Assembly: GCA_951406725.2 (NCBI GenBank) | Contig: OX597826.1 | Span: 58,466,001 to 58,530,000 of the forward strand | DNA length: 64,000 bases | Source: Octopus vulgaris | Taxonomy: Eukaryota | Direction: 5' to 3' | Shown: positions 1-14,804 of the stretch, one piece after another | Layout: each line of letters begins with the position of its first letter | Numbering within the stretch: position 1 is the stretch's first letter | Position numbers and translations under genes: made by a program | Notes under the pieces: generated by a model | What the model was told of the DNA's origin: nothing | What the model saw: the letters and a program-made list of their open reading frames with translations, nothing else | Database searches by the model: none

Positions 1-300
1 GGAGCGCTTTTGTGCGGAGGTAATAACGTCTGTTCAAAATTTATAATGGAATATTATTCTGGAGATATTCAGTTTCTTAAAATTTTAATAGCAGTTCTAA
101 CTTCAGCAAATATTGATGGTTTGTCAAGCTGGTAGATAACTGACATTTCACGAAATTCTTCCATCACAGCTGAATTTAGAGATTTTGTATGATCATGAAA
201 CTGGTGAAAATTAGACCTCCATTATTGTTGACTACTATTTTTTTCAGTAGACATGAAACATTCTCATATGATTGATACCAGGCAACAGTTCCCAGAAACT
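1..300 (-). mobile_element. Degenerate non-LTR retrotransposon (RTE-like) ORF fragment upstream of the RT domain
   Basis: Minus-strand translation MEEFREMSVIYQLDKPSIFAEVRTAIKILRN*ISP resembles the LINE motif LDxPPxxxEVxxAIKxLKNGKSPG; contains stops; cut by the window edge. Confidence 0.5.
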
Positions 301-739
301 GAATATCTTTATTGTATAAAAATTATATAGAACGTCACATTGGCACTTGTACAACGAAACTTGCATAGTAACATTGACAGAACGTATTTTCCTGAATCAT
401 TTTCTTGCATATGATGAATATATACGTATATTTACATGGCTATATACATACTCATTTACACACGTTGACATACACACAAACATACGCGACTCAAATACAT
501 ACTAGCTATAGAGTATGTAACTAATAATTATTCTAATCAACATTATTATATTAAAGTCGCTCATTAAATATTAAAAAATACATTAAAATATTGTAAAAAA
601 AAACCCCATTAAACTTATACTACTTCCTCGTTCTCTTACCAAATCATTCTTCATTCCTAACTCCGTCTCCTCTGATTGGTTGACGCGTGAGGTTCCATAT
701 TGATTCTCATCCACACAGGCTTGATCTCAGTCTTAGTGT

Positions 740-1050
740 ACACACATCTCTATCACTCACGCTCACACTCACACTCCGTCAATCATTCACTCACTCACTC
801 ACGCAATCACTCACACAGACACTCACTCACGCACGCACTCAATCTCTCACTCTCTTACTCACTCAGTCTGTTACCTATTTACTCACGCACACACTCACTC
901 ACGCACTTACTCACTCACTCACAATCACTCAATCATTCACTCAGTCACTCACGCAATCACTCACACAGACACTCACTCACGTACTCACTCACTCACGCAC
1001 TCACTCACTCACTCACTCACTCACTCACTCACACACTCACTCAATCACAC
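740..1050. repeat. (ACTC)n-rich microsatellite with an internal ~50-bp duplication
   Basis: Near-identical aatcattcactca(c/g)tcactcacgcaatcactcacacagacactcactcacg at 781 and 931. Confidence 0.85.
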
Positions 1051-1191
1051 ACTTCCGTCCCACACTCTCCAATTTCCTATCACTCTTCCTCACTAGATGT
1101 CGTTCCCAGACACATACAAAGTATCAACATAGAACATAAAGATAATCAAAGCGATTTCACCTATACAGACAAAAACACACACGCGTATCAC

Positions 1192-1253
<62 letters not shown>

Positions 1254-1554
1254 ATACATTCACACAAAATCGATAATGAGCCTATCTGAAACTGGTTGCC
1301 TATCTATCGTTTGTGACAAAAATAAACGGTATATATCAAGGTTGCTTGAGGGGGAGTGAAGATAAAAACACAAAAACAAAAAACAAACAAGCACAATGTA
1401 TAAGTAATAAAAAAATAAAAATAAATAAAACAGAAGTAAAAGAAACTACAACGTACTGACACTTGCTGAGACATTACCACGCATGCGCAGGCAGAAAACG
1501 TACGTATGTACCCACAAACACATTCACACTTAAAACAATATCAGTATGTAAGTA

Positions 1555-1565
1555 AATATGTATGA

Positions 1566-1598
<33 letters not shown>

Positions 1599-1991
1599 TG
1601 TATGTATGTATGTATGTATGTATGTATGTATGTATGTATGTATGTATGTATGTATGTATGTATGTATGTATGTATGTATGTATGTATGTATGTATGTATG
1701 TATGTATGTATGTATGTATGTATGCATGTATGTATGTATGTATGTATGTATGTATGTATGTATGTATGTATGTATGTATGCATGTATGTATGTATGTATG
1801 TATGTATGTATGTATGTATGTATGTATGTATGTATGTACGTATGCATGTGTGTATATATTTATAAATACATATAGCTATAAATGTGTACATGTGCATATA
1901 TATTTATGTGTGTGCGTGTTGCGTTTGTGCGTGTATAAATACACACACATACATATATACACATACATACATATATATGTATATATATATG

Positions 1992-2024
<33 letters not shown>

Positions 2025-2115
2025 GTGTATATATACAAATATATATATATTTATATATATACACATATACATACATATATATATGTATGTATAGATATAT
2101 GTATATATATATGTG

Positions 2116-2179
<64 letters not shown>

Positions 2180-2182
2180 TAT
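1555..2182. repeat. (TATG)n followed by (TA)n microsatellites
   Basis: Directly visible; source of the MYVC/YIYI pseudo-ORFs. Confidence 0.95.
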
Positions 2183-2577
2183 TAGAAGTAGGATTATGGT
2201 ATCCACGGTAAAGTAAAAATAGTAAATAAAAGACAATACAAAAAGTTGCACAAAATCTAAAATAAAAAGTAAACAAAGCAAACAAAATCTAAACCAAAAC
2301 TAATAAAAAAAAACACACACACACCAAAAAACACCATATGTAAAAAAAGAAGAAAAAGAAAATCTCCAAACTTCACTTCTGTGAAACGACGAATGAAACA
2401 TAGGTGAATTGTTAAGATTTATTTTTCTGCGCCAAATATCGACTAGTTTGATGTAGATTAATTACGGATTAGGTGGTGCTATAAGCGTAAAAACTTCTGA
2501 AAGACATTGACGTAGGTGTTGGTGGTACGACAAAGAAGTTTAAACACAAGAAAATAGTAATATAGAAGCGTATAAAG

Positions 2578-2775
2578 TAAGAGAGAAAGAGAGAGGGCAG
2601 AGAGGACAGAGAGAGAGAGAGAGAGAAAGAGAGGGAGAGAGAGAGAGAGATAATAAGAGTGAGAAAGAGAGAGAGAGAGACAGTGGAAGAGAGAGAAAGA
2701 AAGACCAAGTGAGACAGAGAGATAAAGAGAGTAAAATACAGAGTAAGAAATACAGATGGAAATTTATAGAAAGGA

Positions 2776-2820
<45 letters not shown>

Positions 2821-3114
2821 AGAGAGAGTGAGAGAGAGTGAGAGAGTGATGTCAAGAGGAAGTGAATGAATAAGAGAGGGACAGAGATAGGGAGCTAGAA
2901 AGCGAGAGTAAGAGAGAAAGAGAGAGAGCAAGGAAAGAGAGAAAGAGCGATTGTATAAGAGAGTGCGATAGCTAGAAAGAAAGTGATAAAACAAGAGAGA
3001 GAGAAAGAGAAAGAGAAAGAGAGAGTAAGAGAAAGAAAGAGAGAGAGAGAGAAAGCGAGCTAAAAGGGGAGGCAGAGAGAGATAAGTAAAAGGAAAGAGA
3101 GGGACTGCTAAAAC

Positions 3115-3145
<31 letters not shown>

Positions 3146-3400
3146 TGAGAAAGCTAAAAGGAAGAACTGTGAGAGAGAGAGAGATAACTAAAAGGAGAGA
3201 GAGGGAGAGAGAGAGAGCTGAAAACAGGAGCAGAGAGAGAGAGACAACAAAAGGGAGAGTGAGATGGTCAAAACGAGAGAGAGAGAGAGAGAGAGAGCTA
3301 AAGGGAGGAGAAGAGAGAGAGAAAGAGAGAGAGCAAGAGAGAGAGGGAGAAAGTAAAGAAAATTCAGTAAAAAAATAAAGGACTAAAAGAGAAAGAACGA
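2578..3400. repeat. (GA)n-rich polypurine tract
   Basis: About 800 bp of degenerate GA repeats. Confidence 0.9.
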
Positions 3401-3801
3401 AATGAAAAATGCAAAACAAAATGGTCTGGTAGCTCTGGAAGATGGAGGAGAGAACTGCATGGGAAAGAAATGAAGGGAAAAGATGGTGGATAGCATGTCA
3501 ACAATAAGTCATCGAATTTACAACTATTTATCCGAATATATGTAGCAGAAAACATCGGTGTTGTTTGGCTCGTCTGTCGGTGTTGTTAAACCGAGATGAA
3601 AATTCACTTGAATGTCACGTCTGCAACGTTGCACCCATCTGACACCATTCACTTCTTGCACCCATCTAACGTTTCTTTTCTCTCACATCTACTCTTGCAA
3701 TATGAATGTTTTACACAACTTGTTGTTCTATTTTGTATTGCATTGTTATGCTTCTTCTTTTTATATTAAATATCTTTTTACTGAGAACTCTGAACTTTAA
3801 T

Positions 3802-3802
<1 letters not shown>

Positions 3803-3886
<84 letters not shown>

Positions 3887-4110
3887 TTAGCTTGCTACCT
3901 ATCTGTTTACCTACCTACCTACCTACCTACCTACCTACCTACCTACCTACCTACCTACCTACCTACCTACCTACCTACCTACCTACCTTCTTACCTACCT
4001 ACCTACGTACCTACGTACCTACGTACCTACCTACCTACCTACATACCTACCTACCTACATACCTACCTACCTACCAAACAATCTATCGATCGATTGATCT
4101 ATCTATCTGT
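3803..4110. repeat. (TATC)n/(TACC)n compound microsatellite
   Basis: Directly visible. Confidence 0.95.
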
Positions 4111-4545
4111 CTGTCTATCTACTTCTCATTCTAACCCATCTTTCTCTCGCACCTAGTTTGTCTTTCTGTATAGTATGTGGCCATCTTTCAAAACTTCGAA
4201 GCCATTTTCCAGTTTTTTTTCATGTAAATATACAGAACTACACGTATACCTACCTATATACATCCATATTTGTTTGTATGTATGTATGTATGTATGTATG
4301 TATGTATGTATGTATGTATGTATGTATGTATGTATGTATGTATGTATGTATGTATGTATGTATGTATGTATGTATGTGTGTATGTATGTGTGTGTGAGTG
4401 TGTGTGTGTATAACGTTCAAAATGGAGTTTCTACTCAAATGCCCTAAGTATATGTATATGTGTATGTATATGTCCTCGTGTGTAACCCTGCTCCGCTTAG
4501 TCCATTCTATGTATGTATATGTTTGTTGCCCTACGTTCTGTCTAA

Positions 4546-4620
<75 letters not shown>

Positions 4621-4727
4621 GTCTGTCTGTCTGTCTGTCTGTCTATGTATCTATCTATCTATTTATCCATCCATCTTACCATTCATCTATCTGTCCATCC
4701 ATTCATACAAACTTCAGTCTATCTACC

Positions 4728-5060
<333 letters not shown>

Positions 5061-5247
5061 AGTGAGTACAGTGTAAAATACAAGAGTACCGAAGTACTGA
5101 GGTCTGTGTAGAATTGAGGAGTTCGATTGCCGGAGTAATTCAAGAGATATCTGAGTAAGAAAGAGGAAGAAATGTTTGTGTGAGATAGTCACATCTGGTA
5201 ATGCAATATATATATATAGGTATGTGTGGGTATGTAAGAAAGGGGGA

Positions 5248-5285
<38 letters not shown>

Positions 5286-5294
5286 AGAAAGAGG

Positions 5295-5327
<33 letters not shown>

Positions 5328-5649
5328 GAGGAAGAGAAGGAGAGAGAAAGTGTGAGGGTAAATGAGATGAAGAAAAAGAAAGAGAGATTAAGAGAGAGAG
5401 AGAGAAAGAGAGAGATGAGAATTATGAGGGGGAATTATAAAGAGAGAGAAAAGAAGAGCAAGGAAAAGACAAAAATGGATGTAGAAAGATATGAAGGCAA
5501 AGGAAAATAGATACATAGAGAGGGATAGACAGCCAGCCATATATATACATATATATATATATAATAAATTGATATAATGGAACGTTTACGAGCTGACTAA
5601 CTGATGTTTGTCGATTTTACATCCTCTTCATTTTCTTCTTAATTGTCTG

Positions 5650-5686
<37 letters not shown>

Positions 5687-5745
5687 CAGAGAAATAGATA
5701 GATAGATAAATAGAAAGATCGATAGATAGATAGATAGATAGATTA

Positions 5746-5867
<122 letters not shown>

Positions 5868-6058
5868 GAGGAAAGTGTACATGAAAATCATATACGGAAA
5901 GTTGATATGTAAATGAGAGGAAGTAATGAGTGGGTGGAAAAGGAAAAAAATAATGGCAGAGGGAAAGTGGAGAAATCCTAAGTTAAGATGTCGGCAAACT
6001 GTAAAAATCATGAAGTCGATAAATTGATTAATTTCATAACTGACATTACAGATCGTCG

Positions 6059-6082
6059 AACAGCTAGCGCCATCTAGCTGTT
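6059..6082 (-). promoter_or_regulatory. CTCF-like motif inside a 9-bp inverted repeat
   Basis: Minus strand CAGCTAGATGGCGCTA fits the CTCF core YAGRKGGCGC; aacagctag-cgccat-ctagctgtt is a hairpin. Confidence 0.4.
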
Positions 6083-6243
6083 AGTAAGATCCCCTTTACA
6101 AGCCAAGTGTATAGAGCAAGTTAAATCCCTCGTTTGAATTATTTCTGCCCGCTAGCGTTTCTTAATGCCCTTGGGAAAAGGTAGACATTTTAGAACAGAT
6201 AGATACATGCATGCATACATACATGTATATATACATATATGCG

Positions 6244-6275
<32 letters not shown>

Positions 6276-6350
6276 ATATGCATCTGGATGTATATTTATA
6301 TACATACACAGATAGTTATGCATATGCATACACATGTATATGCATATATA

Positions 6351-6404
<54 letters not shown>

Positions 6405-6531
6405 GCATATATATATATATATATCTAATATATTTTTGTATACATATACATGTATATTTTAATGTATACATACACGCATATACATGTAAGTATATACAGT
6501 GTCACTAAATATCTGTATGCTTATATGTAAG

Positions 6532-6571
<40 letters not shown>

Positions 6572-6954
6572 GTATGTATGTATGTAGTATGTATGTGTGT
6601 ATGTATTGTGCACACACGCACAAACACATATATACATTCATATTGCTATATACATTCATATTGCTGGTATATTGTGCAATATTGAGCACGGTAAGGAGGC
6701 GTTTATGTATCGGAATTATGCAGGATTATATGCATTTTCCTATATATATATATATATATATACATACATATATATACACACACAAATATATATATACATG
6801 CATACGTACATACATAAATGCATACATGCACATTTGTGTGTATATATGTGTATGTATGCATGTGCCTAATTGTGTGCGTGTATGAGTGATAGGACCAATT
6901 ACAGCAAGTTCCATCATATTGAATTAGTTCCATTTTTGTTTTGTTTTTTATAAG

Positions 6955-7190
6955 GATAATTGTGATTTGATGGGTAATATGGAGCTTTTTTTGCTGTTAA
7001 TCAGATGACAGCCCCAATCATTCTGGCTTATTATAGAAAGCATTCCAGTCGTTACGATGACGTGCATTTCCCGTTCATAGTTGTCCGTAAGCTAATGTAA
7101 CCTTCTTTTTTAAAATATTAGAATGGTTTCTGGGTAAAATTTGACTACTATTTCTCAAAGATCAAACGTCAGCATATTTTCTCTTCTCTC
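6955..7190. repeat. Old unclassified dispersed repeat; related pieces at 18790-18860, 27200-27900 and 60550-60760
   Basis: Shared blocks gcattcca... and ...ctgctatttct / agaaatagcagc...aaatctccctca; highly diverged. Confidence 0.45.
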
Positions 7191-7519
7191 TCAGTGACTC
7201 ATATATTTGGAAATTCCCCTTAAATAACAAAAGGAACAATATATCTCTCTTGCTTAAATGCCGAAGAACTCTATGGTGTTGCAAATTTGATATTTGACTT
7301 CATTAATTTATTCTTTAATCTCCAGATATACTCAGAATATTCTGTAGGGGTTCTAGGAAGCAATGGAAGATAGGGTTGTGTTTTTGTGCTTGTTTAGACA
7401 CCTCTTGATTATATGCTTTATTAGACCATTTAAGCCGTGTGATTTGCATATTGTGCTTTTATTTCTATTTTTATCCCGTTGTATTTGAAATTATAAAAAT
7501 CTTATAAACACACAAACAG

Positions 7520-7593
7520 CCCGGTACTGGTACGAACTTATTACCTCATGATTGTGAACCCGACGCTCTAACCCCAGAGCTGTGCACTTTCAC
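7520..7593 (-). mobile_element. tRNA-derived SINE head fragment
   Basis: Reverse complement gtgaaagtgcacagctctggggttagagcgtcgggttcacaatcatgagg resembles the head of the SINE at 24054-24379. Confidence 0.5.
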
Positions 7594-7945
7594 ACACACA
7601 CACACGCGCGCGCGCGCACACACACACACATACACACACACACACACATACACATACACACAAACACACACAAATACATACATAATACATACATAACCGC
7701 AGAGCTGTGCACTTTCACACACACGCACACATAAATACATACATACATACATACATACATACATACACACATACATACATACCCCACCATGTATACACAG
7801 ACATGCAGGAAGTAAATAGACAACTTTAATTTTCAAGATTTCTGATCTAAGCATCTTAAAACTTTTTCAGCGGTGTAGAATTTACAATGTAATTATTCTT
7901 CTTCATTCCAGGTGCTATTATATTAAACGTTTGCGAAGAGTAACC

Positions 7946-8382
7946 ATGCCACGCACAAAGAATTCAGCAGAACTGTCAGATTTTGAACACGGTTGTATTG
8001 TTGGGCAATCTGAGGCTGGGCAATCTTAGCCAGCGAAAAATTGCTGAAAATCTTCAAATTCCTCTTGCTACTGTTAATAGAATTATAGTGCAATTCAAAA
8101 GCCAAGGAAAAGAATCAACAGATTCTCGTCCCGGCCGACCTGGGCCCTCGGAAAGGAAGGTTCGCTGTTTGAAGAGAGTTGTGGAAAACGAACCTCGTTC
8201 GAAGGCTTCTGACATTGCAAAACAGCTAGAAGTTAGTCCAAGACCGTGTGTTACATATCTACATAAGCTTGAGTATTAAGGACGGACAGCTAGAAGAAAA
8301 CCTCTCCTTCAACCAATTAATATTATGAAAATAAAGAAATGGGCTAAGGAGATGACAGAAAAATCCAGTTCATTTTGTTATT
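7946..8382 (+). mobile_element. Tc1-family transposase 5' fragment (paired-like HTH), frameshifted and truncated
   Basis: [41 protein letters not shown]...RPGRP...ARRKPLL...KKWAKE has the Tc1 GRP linker and RKKPLL-like motif; has an in-frame stop and ends at (TTC)n. Confidence 0.9.
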
Positions 8383-8383
8383 G

Positions 8384-8527
8384 TTTCTTCTTCTTCTTCT
8401 TCTTCTTCTTCTTCTTCTTCTTCTTCTTCTTCTTCTTCTTCTTCTTCTTCTTCTTCTTCTTCTTCTTCTTCTTCTTCTTCTTCTTCTTCTTCTTCTTCTA
8501 CTACTACTACTACTACTACTACTACTA
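8384..8527. repeat. (TTC)n-(TAC)n array
   Basis: Directly visible. Confidence 0.95.
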
Positions 8528-8601
8528 TAGCACTTACCCAGCGTACCTCTTCTTTTAGATCACAAGTGAACAAAACCCCACATATTCTATATATATATTA
8601 C

Positions 8602-8659
<58 letters not shown>

Positions 8660-8691
8660 ATGTATATGTATATATATATACATATATGCGC

Positions 8692-8723
<32 letters not shown>

Positions 8724-8752
8724 ACATGTATGAATGTCTGCATGCATGTATG

Positions 8753-8816
<64 letters not shown>

Positions 8817-9258
8817 TGTGTGAGAAGGAGGTTCTCTTTCAAACAAAATATTTTGTAAACCATAGCAGTATCTGAGTGCAATGCCTTCTATTAACGCTTT
8901 CCCAACTTTCTTTACATTTTACTTCTCAAACATATTGGCTTTTTCACTGCACTCTAGTTTTCATCTTCCGAACGAAGAGGTGATAACAGCGTTTTATTGA
9001 CGTAGTTCTCTTTGCACGCACCGAATCTATCACATGTACGACGTTCTTCTGACTGGTAAATGTCATCATGACCACATTCAAATTTGTTTTAAACTGTTAT
9101 CTACAGGTTAATTTCCTTAGAGGTTCTCTATCTACATGTTTGCTTTAGGTTCGCATTTGACTACCAATAAAACATCCATTGCAAATCTTCTCTTGTTTTC
9201 TGTGTAACCATACATACATCGAACGCTACGCATCCACTTCCAAGTAAGTTTTATCTAC

Positions 9259-9310
<52 letters not shown>

Positions 9311-9325
9311 TATACATATATATAT

Positions 9326-9363
<38 letters not shown>

Positions 9364-9366
9364 GTA

Positions 9367-9409
<43 letters not shown>

Positions 9410-9418
9410 GTTTATGTA

Positions 9419-9470
<52 letters not shown>

Positions 9471-9731
9471 CATACATATACATATATACATATACGTATT
9501 TACATATATGCATACACACACACACATATGTAACGGTAATGTTATTAAATAACGATTTTTCATCTAATTTTGTTTTGTATTATAATATGCATTTGTGCCT
9601 TGTAGTTATAAAGAATGTATATATATCGCTCGGAAGTATTTATTCGTCAATAACTTTACGGTTATAAGAACAGACATGTTATCAATGTACAGTAGATGTT
9701 ACACCACTTTTATTTGTTTTTACATAAACGT

Positions 9732-10370
9732 GGGCGTGGGTTTGTGGTCAGCAGCTTGTTTCGCAATCATGTGTTGCTTGGATCAATCTCACTGCGCAGC
9801 TCCGTGACCAAGAGTCACCCATTGTAGTCCCGGGCCGCCCATAATGTTGTGAGTAGATCTGGTACATGGGAACTGAAAGGAGCCTCCTGTACATATATAT
9901 ATTTCTTTACTACCCACAAGGGGCTAAACATAGAGGGGACAAACAAGGACAGACAAAGGGATTAAGTCGATTACATCGACCCCAGTGCGTAACTGGTACT
10001 TAATTTATCGACCCCGAAAGGATGAAAGGCAAAGTCGACCTCGGCGGAATTTGAACCCAGAACACTTAACGGCAGACGAAATACGGCTACGCATTTCGCC
10101 CGACGTGCTAACGTTTCTGCCAGCTCGCCGCCTATATATACACTGTACATATATACTGTATGAGTTCGTGTGTGTGTGTGTTTAACATTGTGCTTGAGTT
10201 TGTTCCCTTCCACCGCTTGACAACTGGTGTTGGTTTGTTTACGTCGGCATAAACTAGCGGCTCGGCAAAAGCCATTAGTAAAATAAGTAGTGGAGGGGAT
10301 TTGTTCGACTAAATACGTCAAATCGTTGCCACAGCATGGCCATAGTCCAAACACAGAAACAACTAAAAGA
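9732..10370 (+). mobile_element. Diverged CORE-like tRNA SINE split by a nested Meta-like SINE
   Basis: The 5' half (9732-9895) and 3' half (10165-10370; ccaccgcttgacaactggtgttgg...cagcatggcc) match the intact copy at 56233-56622. Confidence 0.75.
9902..10132 (-). mobile_element. Meta-like tRNA SINE, tail A, full length
   Basis: Head ggcggcgagctggcagaaacgttagc, B-box-like gggttcaaattcc, central ttcatcctttcggggtcgataaa, tail gccccttgtgggtagtaaagaaa. Confidence 0.9.
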
Positions 10371-10384
10371 TCATGTGTCAAACC

Positions 10385-10520
10385 TCCGCATAACTCGTAG
10401 ATATTTAAGGAAGCGTAGAATAAGATGTTGTGAAGTTCATGGCTTTCCCGAAGCCTTTTGAAATTCTTGAAGCTTAATTCTTCAAGGTGTCCCATGCCTT
10501 CTTGCTTTTAATGTTATTGT
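10385..10520. repeat. Unclassified dispersed repeat abutting (TTC)n, copy 2 (inverted relative to copy 1)
   Basis: Aligns by eye with 4917-5060 and has the same junction with a GAA/TTC array. Confidence 0.75.
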
Positions 10521-10834
10521 TTCTTCTTCTTCTTCTTCTTCTTCTTCTTCTTCTTCTTCTTCTTCTTCTTCTTCTTCTTCTTCTTCTTCTTCTTCTTCTT
10601 CTTCTCCTCCTCCCCCTCCTTCCCTCCTACATCTTCTTATCCTTCTCCACCTCCACTTCCTCTTCCATCTTCTTCTTCTTCTCCCCTCCTCTTCCTTATT
10701 TTCTAGCACCACGATCATAAATATCACTATCGTAACAATCTTTCTCTTTTTCTTTATCACTCTATAAAGCTATTGTTACTGTCCTTAACTACAGCAACAA
10801 CAACAACAGCAGCAACAACAGCAACTACTACTAT

Positions 10835-10897
<63 letters not shown>

Positions 10898-10919
10898 CAC
10901 CACCACCACCACCACCACC

Positions 10920-10971
<52 letters not shown>

Positions 10972-11005
10972 GTGCTACTACTACTACTACTAGTGCTACT
11001 GCTGC
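10521..11005. repeat. (TTC)n and (CAA)/(CTA)/(CCA)n arrays
   Basis: Directly visible. Confidence 0.9.
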
Positions 11006-11384
11006 ACCTTATCATCCTCACCATCATGACAACCGAAAGGGAAGTCGGAATGATGATCTCGAGTAAGAACAGTGATCAGTATATAACTCCACCTCCCACC
11101 CACATCTTCATCACAATCATCATCCTCATCATCACACATCTCATCACCATCTCTTCATATACATATCTCTCGCCCTCCCTCCGTTCCTCTCTCTCTCGCC
11201 CTGCCTCTTCCCCCACGCCTACCATCGTCGCTCTTTCTGACTTTGTCATTAGTTTTCATGTCCACACTTTTCCTGTCTTTGTACTTCCAGCTATGTTTTC
11301 TGTCTTCTGCATCAAATCGCCGCCATTGTCACTGGTTTTTAGCGTCACCAATGAATGACAATCTACCAACCCGCCAACCGCTCC

Positions 11385-12760
11385 TGCACACGCACAGACA
11401 CAGACACACACAGACACACACACAGAAACACACTCACACACACACACACACAAATACACACACTGTCATACACACACTGTCATACACATACACATACACA
11501 CGCAGATACACATACACACACAGTAAAACAGACACAATCACACATACAAACACACACACACTCACTGTCACATTCACACACACTGTCATATACACACTGT
11601 CATACACACACACACAAACACGCGCGCTGATATGCATACACACACAGACAAACAGACACAATCACAAACACAAAAACACACATACAAACACACACTCACT
11701 GTCACATTCACACAAACTATCATATACACACTGTCGTATACATACACACACACACACGCAGATTACATAAACACACAGACAGACACAATCACACACACAC
11801 AAGATAAAACATACAAACACACACTCACTATCACATTGACACACACTAGAACATAGACCCTGCCACACACATACACACACACACAGAGGCACAGACACAC
11901 AGAGACACTTACACTCATACACACACATACATACACACACAGAGGCACAGACACACACACACACACAGAGGCACAGACACACACAGACACTTACACACAG
12001 AGGCACAGACACACAGAGACACTTACACTCATACACACACATACATACACACAGAGAGGCACAGACACACACAGACACTTACACTCATACACACACATGC
12101 ACACACATACAGACACACAGTCGCTATCATATTCACACACACGCACTAGCACAGGCACACTTCCACGCACATACACACGACACGCAAGCGCAAACTATTG
12201 CAAACACATTCACTCACACCAAGACACAAGTACACACACACATACACACGCACACACATAGAAACACATACACACACATACACACAAATATACACATACA
12301 CAAACACACGCACATATACATACAAAAGCACTCACTGTTACACATTGACTAAACCACTCTAGTCATTTACATACACACACGCATTCTACATACATACATA
12401 CATACATACATGCATACATACATACATACATACATACATACATACATCCGTGCATATATATATATACACATGCATACATATATACATACATGCATACATA
12501 CATACACACACATACATGCACACACATACACGTACATATACATACATACAAACATACATACATATATACATGCATACAGATACACACATACACATACATA
12601 CATACATAGGCACACATATACATGTAACTATGCTTGCATCACACATAGTCACAGATACATATTTTACACGCATTAAACCCTTTGCAAGCAAACATACACA
12701 TACAGAAACATACACACACATACGTATACAAATATATGCACATACACATAAGTACGTATA
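11385..12760. repeat. (CA)/(TACA)-rich tract containing a ~58-bp minisatellite at 11880-12100
   Basis: The unit acagaggcacagacacacagagacacttacactcatacacacacatacatacacac recurs 3-4 times. Confidence 0.85.
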
Positions 12761-13031
12761 AACGCACTACCATATCTCTCCTAACCGCAACACATATATG
12801 AGTAAAACATGCACATACAAAGACACGCAGAAACACACACACACACTTATATAAAGCTCGTACACTCACACAAAAGTAGACGTACACATTGCATGTATAC
12901 ACACATGAATTACGCACAGACGCTTATAAATACATAAGCGCCCGCGCACGTTAATTAAAATTACCAAACAAACTTAATTCATAGGAAAGAGCAATTGAAA
13001 ACAATGGCGACGTAAGCATGATAGAAAACAG

Positions 13032-13032
<1 letters not shown>

Positions 13033-13070
<38 letters not shown>

Positions 13071-13089
13071 TATCATCATTATCATCATT

Positions 13090-13130
<41 letters not shown>

Positions 13131-13147
13131 TATCATCATCATCCTCC

Positions 13148-13196
<49 letters not shown>

Positions 13197-13249
13197 CCTC
13201 CTCCTCCTCCTCCTCCTCATCATCATCATCATCATCATCGTCGTCGTCG

Positions 13250-13284
<35 letters not shown>

Positions 13285-13672
13285 GTCGTCATTATCGTCA
13301 TTTTTGCGATCTTTGACCACGACCACTGCAACTACCACCACTGCCACCATCATCATCATCATCATTATCATCATCATCTACATTATTATGAACACGACGA
13401 CGACCACGACCACCACTACCACTGCCACCACAACCACCGTCGTCATTATCATCATCATCATCATCATCATCAGCCTCACAGCCTCATCATTACCGGTTGT
13501 TATTGGGCCATCACCACCATCATTGCGTCCATTGACATCATCATCGCCATCATCACCATCAGCATCACCACCACCACCACCACCACCACCACCACCACCA
13601 CCACCACCACCACCACCACTACCACCACCACCACCACCACCACCACCACCACTACCACCGTCGTCGTCGTCT
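13033..13672. repeat. (CAT)n/(CCT)n/(CCA)n compound trinucleotide tract
   Basis: Directly visible. Confidence 0.9.
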
Positions 13673-14066
13673 TGATTGCTGTCGCGTCTTACAGTTAGTA
13701 GCAGTAATCTACTTATAGCTTTTAGTATGCCTCTAGTGTGTTCCGCGTCGCTTGATTTCCAATTAATCTCACTGCTCTGGGACTGCTCTTTACAAAAGGA
13801 CCAAAACCGTTGTCATATTTGGTCCCAAGAGTGCCTCCCCCCCCCCCCCATCGACTCTCACCAACAGACAGCCTTGGACTCATTGAAATTGGCGGCAACA
13901 ACTGGAATTGGTGCTAATATTTCAAGGACATTGATACAATTAACCTTTGGCACTCTGTACTTGGATGTATCGTTTGGAAGTCGACAATACCCGTGCGCAC
14001 TGGCACACGCACGCACGCACATGCACAAACATATACACATATATACATACATGCATATATACATAA

Positions 14067-14126
<60 letters not shown>

Positions 14127-14375
14127 TCAGAGAGACGTAGGAACATGCAGAATCGGTACACACCGACACCTTACTGTTTCTCGGTGTCTCAAATCTCCTA
14201 GACTTACGTTTGGAACCTCTCACGATCACACGCACTCTTGATCTTGACACGCATGCATATACACACACACACGCACTCACACAAGCACACAGACACACAC
14301 ACACGTGCGCATGCAAACAGCACGAAATAATACAGACATACTTACACGTGCATACATATATGAACACATACATAC

Positions 14376-14473
<98 letters not shown>

Positions 14474-14617
14474 ATGTATGTAGTTTTACGCATGCATGTT
14501 TTGAGTATCCACACGCACACATACGGACAAAAGCAATAACGACGAGGAAAAGTTGAAAAGAGAAAATTGTTAAGAAGTCAAGAGACATTTAAACCGGGAG
14601 GTGACATACGCACTATT

Positions 14618-14664
14618 GATAATGATAGTAACTACGGTGATAACTATGGTGATGATGATGCTGA

Positions 14665-14704
<40 letters not shown>

Positions 14705-14773
14705 GGTGCTTATGGTAGTGGTGGTGGCGGTTTCGGTCGCATTTATGGCTGTGGTGGCATTGATATGGGTAAC

Positions 14774-14804
<31 letters not shown>

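Noticed and set aside
7576-7724. Repeat of agagctgtgcactttcacacacac
   Set aside because: Local duplication of a SINE head end with adjacent (CA)n, not a TSD of a defined element.
8530-8590. Strong minus-strand donor TGG|GTAAGT
   Set aside because: No credible upstream acceptor; isolated donor matches are common by chance.
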